Source: Syntrophales bacterium (GTDB lineage: Bacteria; Desulfobacterota; Syntrophia; Syntrophales; UBA2210). From it: a stretch of DNA of 64,000 bases. The position numbers and the translations under genes were made by a program. Under the pieces are notes generated by a model. The model searched no databases. It was not told where the DNA came from and worked only from the letters and a program-made list of their open reading frames with translations. Of the stretch, positions 11,029 to 19,690 are shown in pieces. Numbering within the stretch: the first letter of the stretch is position 1; the number at the start of each line of letters is the position of its first letter. Location: contig CAXXKT010000001.1 in assembly GCA_963662405.2 (NCBI GenBank), forward strand, positions 1,856,001 through 1,920,000, given 5' to 3'.

Positions 11029-11172
11029 CTAGGCAAATGCAGCAGATGCAGCGATCAAAAGCCCTGCACCAAAGATAACCATTCCCAAGCCCGCTCCTCC
11101 TGCCGTGGCCAGGATGGGGGCCAGTCCAAACAAAAGAAATCCAAACGCACACCTTCCTTCTCTTCCGTCCAT
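11029..11172 (-). CDS. 47-aa hydrophobic membrane peptide (below ORF-track cutoff)
   Basis: AAGGAG SD, then MDGREGRCAFGFLLFGLAPILATAGGAGLGMVIFGAGLLIAASAAFA; 10 nt after the upstream stop. Confidence 0.65.
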   Translation of the reverse strand: MDGREGRCAFGFLLFGLAPILATAGGAGLGMVIFGAGLLIAASAAFA

Positions 11173-11182
11173 GGTAGTCTCC

Positions 11183-11653
11183 TTAGTCTTCAATTCGTTT
11201 AACACTGACGGCCGATATGACGAGCCGTGTTTTTGTCAGGGGATACTTCATTACGACCCCCACTGCTTCAACTCTGTCTCCCACTGCAACCTTGTTCGTG
11301 GGTGCGGTGAACATGATGACCCGTATCAGCGCCGTGTCGTCTTGCATGTGAAAGTGAGGTCTGTTCAGCCATCTGAAACTGATCTTTCGAACCTCACCCG
11401 ATATCCGTACCACTTCCCCGATCTGTGCCGGGGTTATTCGCCCAATCATGCAGGACCGTGCTTGGGGCCCGAACTGCTCGTTCGCCTGCGTAAAACTCCG
11501 GCGGCTCATCCACGCCAGGGCCATGGGGATAACCAGCATCAAAATCAGGCCGGGAACTGCATACAGCAGGAATCGCGAATCACCCGTTGCGGTATAGTGA
11601 AAGGCGACCGCTACAGCGCATATGATAAATGCCACCCAGGCCGGTGCTGACAT
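11183..11653 (-). CDS. Membrane-anchored OB-fold protein
   Basis: Two N-terminal TM segments, then VRISGEV..DDTALIRV..VGDRVEAVG beta-strand pattern. Confidence 0.7.
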   Translation of the reverse strand: MSAPAWVAFIICAVAVAFHYTATGDSRFLLYAVPGLILMLVIPMALAWMSRRSFTQANEQFGPQARSCMIGRITPAQIGEVVRISGEVRKISFRWLNRPHFHMQDDTALIRVIMFTAPTNKVAVGDRVEAVGVVMKYPLTKTRLVISAVSVKRIED

Positions 11654-11662
11654 CCGTTTCCT

Positions 11663-12535
11663 CTATTCCGCAGGGAGATCCTTCCTGAACATCAGGAAGT
11701 AGGCCACCCCGATGAAGAGAAACCCGCCGAAGATATTTCCGATCGTAACGGGAATGAGATTCCAGAGCCATATGTCGGACCAGGAGAGCCCTCCGTTGGC
11801 GAGCAGGAGGCCGCCCTTTTTGGCGATAACGGCCGGATACCAGTCGCACAGGAATTTCCCTGTCGGCAGAAAGTACATGTTTGCCACACAGTGCTCAAAT
11901 CCGGAGGAGACGAAGGCCATAATCGGGAACCAGATACCGAAGAACTTACCGATCACGTCATCTGCCGTAATGGCAAGAAGGATGGCGATGTTAACCAGGA
12001 AGTTACAGCCGATAGCCTTGATGAAGCAGGACCATAGTCCCGCAAAACCAACTGCTTTGTATCCGAGGATTTTTCCAGCCGCGATGCCGACCGCGGTCAT
12101 CCCGAAGGCGTTGACCGCCATGGTACCGTCGGCCTGTCCGCTGACGAAGGGGCCTACGGTCATGATGTATGCGTATGCCAAGGAGCCAAAGAGATTGCCG
12201 ATGTATACCCATACCCAATTTCTCATTACGGCACCCCAGGTGACCTTTTTCATCATTGCGGCCATGGGGACGATCATGCAGTCACCGGTGAAGAGTTCCA
12301 TCCCGGTCAGGACGATGGCGATCAGGCCGACAGGGAAGACGGCGCCGCCGACGAGTTTGGCGATTCCGGCTGGTGAGACACCTGTAATACATACGGTGCA
12401 CAGCGCGCCTCCGATGGCGATGTACGCACCCGCCATGAATCCTCTGAGCAGCAGGTTAAAGACTGAAAGTTTTGCCTTGCCGACTCCCGCATTACCGACG
12501 AGAGCGACCATTTTTGCCGGGGGGTTAAAAGCCAT
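11663..12535 (-). CDS. Formate/nitrite transporter (FdhC/FocA-like)
   Basis: AGAYIA, FPVGL, ELFTG, GFEHCVANM and GNIFGG signatures. Confidence 0.93.
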   Translation of the reverse strand: MAFNPPAKMVALVGNAGVGKAKLSVFNLLLRGFMAGAYIAIGGALCTVCITGVSPAGIAKLVGGAVFPVGLIAIVLTGMELFTGDCMIVPMAAMMKKVTWGAVMRNWVWVYIGNLFGSLAYAYIMTVGPFVSGQADGTMAVNAFGMTAVGIAAGKILGYKAVGFAGLWSCFIKAIGCNFLVNIAILLAITADDVIGKFFGIWFPIMAFVSSGFEHCVANMYFLPTGKFLCDWYPAVIAKKGGLLLANGGLSWSDIWLWNLIPVTIGNIFGGFLFIGVAYFLMFRKDLPAE

Positions 12536-12708
12536 GAATCAATACCTCCTCCATTTATGATTTTTTACTCTGCCCGGTCCGCCCCCTGCGGACCCTCTAC
12601 CCGTTTGTATATCCCCTCCAGGAGGGGAGTATTCCAGACAAACCACACCACAAAAATCCTCACGGGGAGTGTTGTGGCTACTCTCCATGCGAAGACAGTA
12701 AGGAAGCA

Positions 12709-12954
12709 CTAACTGGCGAATGCCTCCTTGACCTCTTGCTTCCAGATGCAGAGGAGTTTCCCGCCGTGGGTCTGGCACTGGACCAGTTCCCACTCACTCT
12801 CCCCCTCCTTATCAAGAATTCCTTCGAACTGTTCCTGTCCGCCCGGTATGCCGTCAACGACACATGTTCCCGTATCATCATCGCACGAGATGGCCTCGGG
12901 TGGAATAACGCTGTCCAGATCGACAATGCTTGTCTTGTACTTCCATCGTGACAT
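12709..12954 (-). CDS. 81-aa acidic hypothetical protein (DUF4177-like)
   Basis: SD AAGGAGG; MSRWKYK..EGESEWELV..IWK pattern. Confidence 0.65.
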   Translation of the reverse strand: MSRWKYKTSIVDLDSVIPPEAISCDDDTGTCVVDGIPGGQEQFEGILDKEGESEWELVQCQTHGGKLLCIWKQEVKEAFAS

Positions 12955-13964
12955 GTTCAGACCTCCTTCCGGATGCTGGTAAACACTCAACCGCTTGAAT
13001 CTTCGCCGTTCAATCCCCGTATTCGGAGGATTTTTCCGCCTGGTCAGACAGGGGAATGTAGGTCGGAAGATTTGTGGCGGTCTCACTACAATGGAGATGC
13101 GTACAACTCGTTCTGTTCGGTACGTTCGTAACCGTGCCGGTCTGCGCCGTGCAGCTTTCGCATTGCGACGTAACGATATTTACCCCGCTGGCGGGGATGC
13201 AACGACCGAGATCATGTGTTCCAATCACCGATCTCACCGGTTTGGGGGGGGAGTGGTCTCCATCGTTAGTGCCCCCCGTCAAGGGGTGCATCATCTGCCT
13301 GTATCCCTCGTGTCCCCCGGTTGTTCCAAGGGGCGTTCGACCCTGAGATATTACCACCGTTTTTGTGCCAATCGGTAGAGAGAGTTTTTTACCCATGGCG
13401 AACCTCTCTGCTCTCTGGTCAACCCCGGTCGCTTCAACGGGGGCCGGATATATGCATCGATCCCCCCGACCACAGCAATCCTCTCACTCTTGGAATGCCG
13501 TACGGGATTCTCTCTTCATCCCGCACCACCCACCCGGGGCTTGCCCGAATAATCAGTGCCGGTTTATCAAGGTTTAGGAAGGGCCATCCCTCACGATATG
13601 ATTCTCTGCATGAGCCGAAAGCACCATACATTATTTTCCTGTTCTTTTCAAGAATTATGAGCTCGCATTGCCGCTTGCTCCTGAGGTAATTAACCCCACG
13701 ATTTCAAAAAAAATTCTGAGAAAGAGATCATATGGTCCGGTGGTGCGGCGCATTGATTTGCCGGGATCTTGACGGAGGCTTGTCGTTCTCGGCAAATGAT
13801 ATCCCGGTATGCCGTGACGGGTGAGTCTGATTCTCTGGCCCATCAAGCCAATAAATAGCTTGATTTCTGGAAAAGCGTAGTATAATAATGTCAAGTTTTT
13901 TTCGAACGGTTTCCCTGCCGGAGGGTGCGTCCCTCAAGGAGGGAAACTGAATATCACCGAAGGA

Positions 13965-14008
13965 CTCCTTGCCCGGATCTGGAATCCGGGCTACAGAGCC
14001 GAGAGGAG
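13965..14008 (+). promoter_or_regulatory. S6:S18 ribosomal-protein leader RNA
   Basis: CTCCTT-GCCCGGAT/ATCCGGGC stem, CCG in the internal loop, outer stem pairs with the rpsF SD. Confidence 0.7.
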
Positions 14009-14013
14009 AAGGT

Positions 14014-14541
14014 ATGATAAGAAGGTACGAGACAGTATTCATTGTGAGGACCGATCTGTCGCTAGATGAGATATCCGGCGTGACTGATCGGTATGCGGGA
14101 ATTATCGGGGATATGAACGGGACGATCATTAAGGTCGAGAACTGGGGCAAGCGAAGACTCGCCTATCCGATCGAGAAGAAGCGTGAGGGCTTTTATGTGA
14201 GGATCGATTTTGTTGCCCCGCATGAGGTCGTTTCCGAAGTGGAGCGAAACTTCAAGATTGATGAAAATATTCTGCGGTTTCAGACGGTGAAACTAGCCGA
14301 TACGGTTGATATGGAAGAGATTGAACGTGAGATCGCGGAGGCCCGCAGAAAAGAAGAAGAACAGAAAGCGGAAGAGCAGAAGAAGGCGGAAGAACAAAAA
14401 GAAGAGACTGTTTCTGAACCTGCCCCTGAAGAGGCAACGGTGTTGGAAGATCCGGATGGTACTGATATCAAAGCCGAGGAAGAGAATGCCCAAGAGTCAG
14501 CACCGGTTGAAACAGACGATGAAAGGGCAAAGGAGGAATAA
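14014..14541 (+). CDS. rpsF: 30S ribosomal protein S6 with acidic C-terminal tail
   Basis: RRYETVFI..WGKRRLAYPI; start placed at the ATG after the SD. Confidence 0.96.
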   Translation: MIRRYETVFIVRTDLSLDEISGVTDRYAGIIGDMNGTIIKVENWGKRRLAYPIEKKREGFYVRIDFVAPHEVVSEVERNFKIDENILRFQTVKLADTVDMEEIEREIAEARRKEEEQKAEEQKKAEEQKEETVSEPAPEEATVLEDPDGTDIKAEEENAQESAPVETDDERAKEE

Positions 14542-14544
14542 GAA

Positions 14545-14808
14545 ATGGCCTATACACCGGATAATCGTCCAAGACGACCCAAGTCCAAATTCTTTCACAA
14601 ACGGAAGGTATGCAGGTTTTGTGTGGATTCAACCATAGCGATTGATTATAAGAATTCGGCTGCCCTGAGAGGCTTCCTGACGGAGAGGGGGAAAATCATG
14701 CCGAGAAGGATCACCGGGACCTGTGCCAAACATCAAAGGGCGTTGGCGGTGGCAATCAAACGGGCCAGGAATTTGGCTCTCTTGCCCTATGTGTCTGCCG
14801 ACAGTTAA
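14545..14808 (+). CDS. rpsR: 30S ribosomal protein S18
   Basis: [22 protein letters not shown]. Confidence 0.97.
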   Translation: MAYTPDNRPRRPKSKFFHKRKVCRFCVDSTIAIDYKNSAALRGFLTERGKIMPRRITGTCAKHQRALAVAIKRARNLALLPYVSADS

Positions 14809-14839
14809 AATTCATCTTAGTTGATCATATATGAGATTC

Positions 14840-14879
14840 GAGATGCCTGCCGGCTTGGCGGGCATCTCTTCCTTTTTTT
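14840..14879 (+). terminator. Intrinsic terminator after rpsR
   Basis: GAGATGCCTGCC/GGCGGGCATCTC stem followed by a T-rich tract. Confidence 0.8.
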
Positions 14880-14895
14880 AGCGCAGAGGTGAGGT

Positions 14896-15867
14896 ATGCT
14901 CCGTCTGTCGGGGGTGACAATTCCCTACAAAGACATGTTCCTTGCTGTTACGATCACCTCTCTTGTTTTTCTTACGGTGGCCGTAATTTCCGTTGTCGGT
15001 GTATTCGGTGCTTTGCTGGTGCCTGTCCCGGTCTTATACTTCTATTCCAAGATGGGGAGAACCCCGGGTATCGTGGTTTTTGGCTTTTCTCTGGCTTTTA
15101 CCATTCTTATCCTTGCAGGGCTCGATTTACAGGCAAGCTTCCCGTATTTTTTTCTCTTAGGTCTTTTAGGTATCATTCTTTCGGAAGTGTTGCGGAAAAA
15201 CTATTCCATAGAAATGACCATTATCTATTGCGGAGGCATTTTCCTCGCTATGGGTTTGGTTATCCTCCTGTGCCTCAGTCTGCTCTCAGGAGAGATGCCT
15301 TGGGCCCTGATCGGGTCACACATAACGGCGGTGGTACAGGAAAATATCGAGCTATACTCCCGGGCGGGTGTCCCGAATGAACAGATGGATTTCATAAGGG
15401 AAAATGTCGATCTGATTACCGGCGCCCTTCTTGGCTTGTTCCCATCCATTGCCCTCGTGGGGACTGTATTTCTGGTTTGGGTGAATATCCTTGAGGGGAA
15501 ATGGTTGTTCCGAACAAAGAGAATGTGGTACCCTTCCTTCGGAGATTTATCGCTGTGGAGGATCTTTGATAAGGCGGTGTGGCTGTTCGTCATTGCCGGT
15601 GTCCTCATCATGATTCCCTCGGTGACCCTCCGGATTGTGGGCCTGAATATAATGATCGCTCTCCTCTTTCTGTATATGTTGCAGGGGTTGGCTATCATAA
15701 ACTTTTTCTTTCAGAAGAAGAACGTTCCTGTTTTTTTGCGAGTATTCGGATATTTTCTGGTCTTCGCTCAGCAATTTCTCTTGTTGCTCGTCGCGGGGCT
15801 GGGCTTGATTGACACGTGGATTGATTTTAGGAAGCTGGATAAAAACGCTGGACAATCGAGTTGTTAG
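14896..15867 (+). CDS. YybS/DUF2232 membrane protein
   Basis: Multiple TM segments, QGLA..GLIDTWIDFR; lies between rpsR and rplI. Confidence 0.85.
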   Translation: MLRLSGVTIPYKDMFLAVTITSLVFLTVAVISVVGVFGALLVPVPVLYFYSKMGRTPGIVVFGFSLAFTILILAGLDLQASFPYFFLLGLLGIILSEVLRKNYSIEMTIIYCGGIFLAMGLVILLCLSLLSGEMPWALIGSHITAVVQENIELYSRAGVPNEQMDFIRENVDLITGALLGLFPSIALVGTVFLVWVNILEGKWLFRTKRMWYPSFGDLSLWRIFDKAVWLFVIAGVLIMIPSVTLRIVGLNIMIALLFLYMLQGLAIINFFFQKKNVPVFLRVFGYFLVFAQQFLLLLVAGLGLIDTWIDFRKLDKNAGQSSC

Positions 15868-15989
15868 GGAGCGATCAGAAGCTTCGAACCTGATCGTGTG
15901 ATGTATGATGGGGGTATCAATCTGAACGCCGGGGCAGTTGGATAATATCCGGCCCTGCAAGAGGGAAAACTTCCAGGAGGAGAGTGTCT

Positions 15990-16436
15990 ATGAAGGTGAT
16001 CTTGTTACAGGGTGTGGCATCATTGGGAAAGGCGGGCGACCTTGTCAATGTATCTGATGGGTATGCGAGGAATTTTATCATTCCCCGAGGCCTGGGAATG
16101 GAGGCGAGCAGTGGCAATGTTAAGACGCTGGAACTTCAAAGAAAAGCGGCGGCTAAGAGAGCTGACAAGGAGAAAGAAACGGCACAGGCCCTGGTCGAAA
16201 CACTTGAAAAAATCACCTGTCACTTTTCCCGGAAGGTCGGGCAGCAGGATAAGCTGTTTGGCTCCGTGACCTCAAAGGACATATCGGATGCCTTGGGTGC
16301 CCAGGGGATGGAGATCGACAAAAAGGACATCGTTCTTGAGGAGCCGATCAAGAGTGTCGGCCAATCGCCGGTCAAGGTGAAGGTGCATCCCGGGATGTCC
16401 GCTATGATCAAGGTTGTTGTCGCCGGTGAGGAATAA
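15990..16436 (+). CDS. rplI: 50S ribosomal protein L9
   Basis: MKVILL..LGKAGD..GYARNF..KLFGSVT. Confidence 0.97.
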   Translation: MKVILLQGVASLGKAGDLVNVSDGYARNFIIPRGLGMEASSGNVKTLELQRKAAAKRADKEKETAQALVETLEKITCHFSRKVGQQDKLFGSVTSKDISDALGAQGMEIDKKDIVLEEPIKSVGQSPVKVKVHPGMSAMIKVVVAGEE

Positions 16437-16440
16437 CAAG

Positions 16441-17802
16441 ATGATGAAGAGGGATACCGACTATTCGCCTCACAAGGTTCCCCCGCAGAACCTGGAGGCC
16501 GAGCAATCGATTCTCGGTGGTATCCTTCTGGACAATAATGCCCTGAACCATGTCCTCGAAATAGTAGGCAGGGGAGATTTTTACAGTGAGGCCCATCGGA
16601 AGATATTCTCGGCAATCCTTGAACTGTACGAGAGGAATGAGCCGGCCGATCTGATTACGCTGAACAATATCCTTCGTGACAGGGAATATCTCGATGGGGT
16701 CGGCGGGGAGGTGTACCTGGCATCTCTTGTCGACGGGGTTCCTTCAGCTGCCAACATTGCTTACTATTCCAAGATCGTGAAGGAAAAGGCAATCCTGCGT
16801 GGACTGATAGATGCCGCGACCGATATATTGAACAGGAGTTACAACGCCGGTCCCGACATTGACGCTGTTCTTGATGAAGCGGAGCATGTGATCTTCGAGA
16901 TATCGGAAAACAAGATAAAGCCCGCCTTTTCTTCCATCAAAGATATTGTCAAAGAGACTTTCGAACATATAGAGCAGCTGTATGAGAAGAAAACGCTCAT
17001 TACCGGGATATCGACGGGATTTCAGCGGGTCGACGAGATTACCTCCGGTCTCCAGAATTCCGATCTAATCATCGTGGCGGGGAGGCCCAGTATGGGGAAG
17101 ACTGCCTTTGCCATCAATATCGCACAGCATGCGGCGATCGAAGACAGGGTTCCGGTGGCGATTTTTTCCCTGGAGATGTCCAAGGAGCAGCTTGCGCTTC
17201 GTATGCTCTCTTCCGATGGGAAAGTGGATTCTCAGAAGATGCGGAGGGGGTTTATCGGGGAGGTGGATTGGCCGAAGCTGGTGGCCGCTGCGGGGAGGCT
17301 TTCAGAGGCACCGATCTATATCGATGATACACCCGCCATCTCCGTTCTCGAGATCAAGGCAAAGGCGCGGAGGCTAAAAGCGGAGTCCGGTCTGGATCTC
17401 ATTGTTGTTGATTATCTCCAGTTGATGAGGGGAAGAGACGCATCAGCACCGAGGGAACAGGAAATATCCGAGATCAGCCGTTCGCTCAAATCCCTGGCAA
17501 AGGAACTGAATGTGCCGGTCCTGGCCTTGTCACAGCTGAACCGGCAGGTCGAGTCACGAACAGACAAGCGTCCCCAGCTTGCCGATCTGAGGGAATCCGG
17601 GGCCATCGAACAGGACGCCGATGTGATCATGTTCATATACCGTGATGAGGTGTACAACAAGTCCGAGGACAACCCGGAAAAGGGGAAGGCGGAAATCATT
17701 ATCGGTAAGCAGAGAAACGGTCCTGTCGGTGTAGCGAATGTATCGTTTCTGCATGAATTCACCTCCTTTGAAAACCTGGCCTACGACAGAGACGAATTCT
17801 AG
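16441..17802 (+). CDS. dnaB: Replicative DNA helicase
   Basis: PPQNLEAE, GRPSMGKT, DYLQL and LRESGAIEQDAD motifs. Confidence 0.98.
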   Translation: MMKRDTDYSPHKVPPQNLEAEQSILGGILLDNNALNHVLEIVGRGDFYSEAHRKIFSAILELYERNEPADLITLNNILRDREYLDGVGGEVYLASLVDGVPSAANIAYYSKIVKEKAILRGLIDAATDILNRSYNAGPDIDAVLDEAEHVIFEISENKIKPAFSSIKDIVKETFEHIEQLYEKKTLITGISTGFQRVDEITSGLQNSDLIIVAGRPSMGKTAFAINIAQHAAIEDRVPVAIFSLEMSKEQLALRMLSSDGKVDSQKMRRGFIGEVDWPKLVAAAGRLSEAPIYIDDTPAISVLEIKAKARRLKAESGLDLIVVDYLQLMRGRDASAPREQEISEISRSLKSLAKELNVPVLALSQLNRQVESRTDKRPQLADLRESGAIEQDADVIMFIYRDEVYNKSEDNPEKGKAEIIIGKQRNGPVGVANVSFLHEFTSFENLAYDRDEF

Positions 17803-18659
17803 TCGGTGAGGAGCTTTGGTTCCTCGGTCAGGTACGGGAGTGCGAGCCTCAGTTTTTTCAGCGCCTCCTTTTCGATCTGTCGTGCTCGTTCCCGTGTGAT
17901 CTTGAAGCGATCACCGATCTCCTGAAGAGTGGCGGGGTTATCCGCCATAATCCTCCGCTCAATGATATAGTGTTCCCGTTCGCTCAGCTTCTCCAACGCC
18001 CCTGCTATGTTCTTCTTGACAAGGGCCATTTCGTCTTTCTTGATGAGGGCGTCTTCCTGGCTTGTCCCGTCGTAGACGAGGTGATCGATATACGTTGAGT
18101 CGCCCTCATCGTTTAAGGATGCATCCAGAGAGACATCGCGGTTCGAAAGACGCATGTCCATCTCTTCCGTCTCCCGTTCCGTCACATTCAGAATTTCGGC
18201 TATTTCTTTAAACTCAGGACTCTTTTGCGATATGTCCTCCAGCTTTTTTTTTGTCTGATTCAGTTTGAAGAAGAGTTTTCTCTGTGCCTGGGTAGTCCCG
18301 ATCTTGACGAGACTCCACGACTTGATGACATAATTCTGCATATAGGCCCGTATCCACCATACCGCGTATGATATGAGCCGGTATCCCTTGTAAGGATCGA
18401 ATTTCTTGACGGCGTGCATGAGGCCGATATTGCCCTCCTGAATGAGATCGATCAATTTTACCCGGTAATTCTTGTATTCGTGCGCAATCTTGACCACAAA
18501 TCGCAGATTCGAGGTGACCAGTTTTTCGGCCGCCTTCATGTCGTCGTCTTTCTTGAAGCTGACCGCGAGCTTGAATTCTTCCTCTGCCGTCAGGATGGGG
18601 AAGCGGTTTATCTCGGCCATATAGAGATCAACTGAATTGGTTACTGCAGGAAGACTCAT
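17799..18659 (-). CDS. rpoH: RNA polymerase sigma-32 factor
   Basis: DLIQEGNIGL and RpoH box TTQAQRKLFF. Confidence 0.92.
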   Translation of the reverse strand: MSLPAVTNSVDLYMAEINRFPILTAEEEFKLAVSFKKDDDMKAAEKLVTSNLRFVVKIAHEYKNYRVKLIDLIQEGNIGLMHAVKKFDPYKGYRLISYAVWWIRAYMQNYVIKSWSLVKIGTTQAQRKLFFKLNQTKKKLEDISQKSPEFKEIAEILNVTERETEEMDMRLSNRDVSLDASLNDEGDSTYIDHLVYDGTSQEDALIKKDEMALVKKNIAGALEKLSEREHYIIERRIMADNPATLQEIGDRFKITRERARQIEKEALKKLRLALPYLTEEPKLLTD

Positions 18660-18692
18660 TCATGTCTCCTTCGACGTTTTATTTAATATTTC

Positions 18693-18786
18693 AGTCTAAT
18701 TAAATGTTCTTTAAAAGTCAAGGCCTTTCGGAAAAACCCCCGCGGTTGTCACCCTCCTTGACATTGTCGGTCTGTGTGTTTATCTT
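18693..18786. promoter_or_regulatory. Divergent sigma70-type promoters for rpoH and dac-clpB
   Basis: Minus: TTGACT-17-TAGACT (18721-18693); plus: TTGACA-17-TATCTT (18758-18786). Confidence 0.65.
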
Positions 18787-18815
18787 ACGGATAAAAGAGC
18801 GGAAAGGAGACCTTC

Positions 18816-19685
18816 ATGGGTTCTCAGAATGAGTCGATTATGGAATTCGCGTTCCGGTTTGCGAAGGAGATCGAAGCAAAGGCTATTCTCCTCTACGGTG
18901 AAGTGGCCCAGGACGTTCTTGTGAAAAAGGGGGAGATTCCCTCTTTTGACACGATTCTCATAACGAGAGACAAGGATGGTGAACATCACGATTTGGGACT
19001 CTTTTCCAGCGTAATCGATATTCCCACGGTCAATGTGACACGGCTGAGCCAGATCAAGGTCGCCATCACGAAGGGACTTGCAACGAACCTCTTCAAAAAG
19101 GGCGACAAACTCGTATGCCTGACCGGTGTTCCGAAATTCGGATACATCGACAGTCTCTTTATAATCGACGTGGGAAAGGAATTCGAAATCCTTATATCCG
19201 AAGAAGTCTCCGATATATTCGAGGATATTCAGCCGGAGGTATTTGACACTGTTCTCAATATCGCCTTGGAACTCGCCTCGCAGGGGAGGGAAGGCCGCCA
19301 GGTGGGGACGATCTTTGTCCTCGGTGATCACGAGAAAGTCCTTGAACTCTCCCGTCAGATGATCATCAATCCCTTTATGGGATACGGAGAGGAGGAACGG
19401 AACATCCTTGACCGGAATCTACGGGACACCATCAAGGAATTCTCCGCCATTGACGGTGCGTTCGTGGTGCGCGGGGACGGTGTCCTGGTCACGGCGGGAA
19501 GGCACCTCAGCGCGGCTCTGGAAAACAAGGATTTTCCCAAGGGGCTGGGGAGCAGGCATATAGCTGCGGCCGGAATCACCAGCGTCACCAGGGCGATTTC
19601 CATTGTTATTTCGGAATCAACCGGTACCGTCCGGATTTTTAAGAATGGAAGGCTCTTTGTTGATATAGAGAAAGGAATGGAATAA
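18816..19685 (+). CDS. Diadenylate cyclase (DisA_N/DAC domain, DacZ-like)
   Basis: [23 protein letters not shown] and ISESTG motifs; no TM segment. Confidence 0.85.
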   Translation: MGSQNESIMEFAFRFAKEIEAKAILLYGEVAQDVLVKKGEIPSFDTILITRDKDGEHHDLGLFSSVIDIPTVNVTRLSQIKVAITKGLATNLFKKGDKLVCLTGVPKFGYIDSLFIIDVGKEFEILISEEVSDIFEDIQPEVFDTVLNIALELASQGREGRQVGTIFVLGDHEKVLELSRQMIINPFMGYGEEERNILDRNLRDTIKEFSAIDGAFVVRGDGVLVTAGRHLSAALENKDFPKGLGSRHIAAAGITSVTRAISIVISESTGTVRIFKNGRLFVDIEKGME

Positions 19686-19690
19686 CGATC

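Noticed and set aside
13120..13565. Several minus-strand GGCAC half-sites as sigma54 promoters
   Set aside because: None has GC at the required GG-N10-GC spacing.
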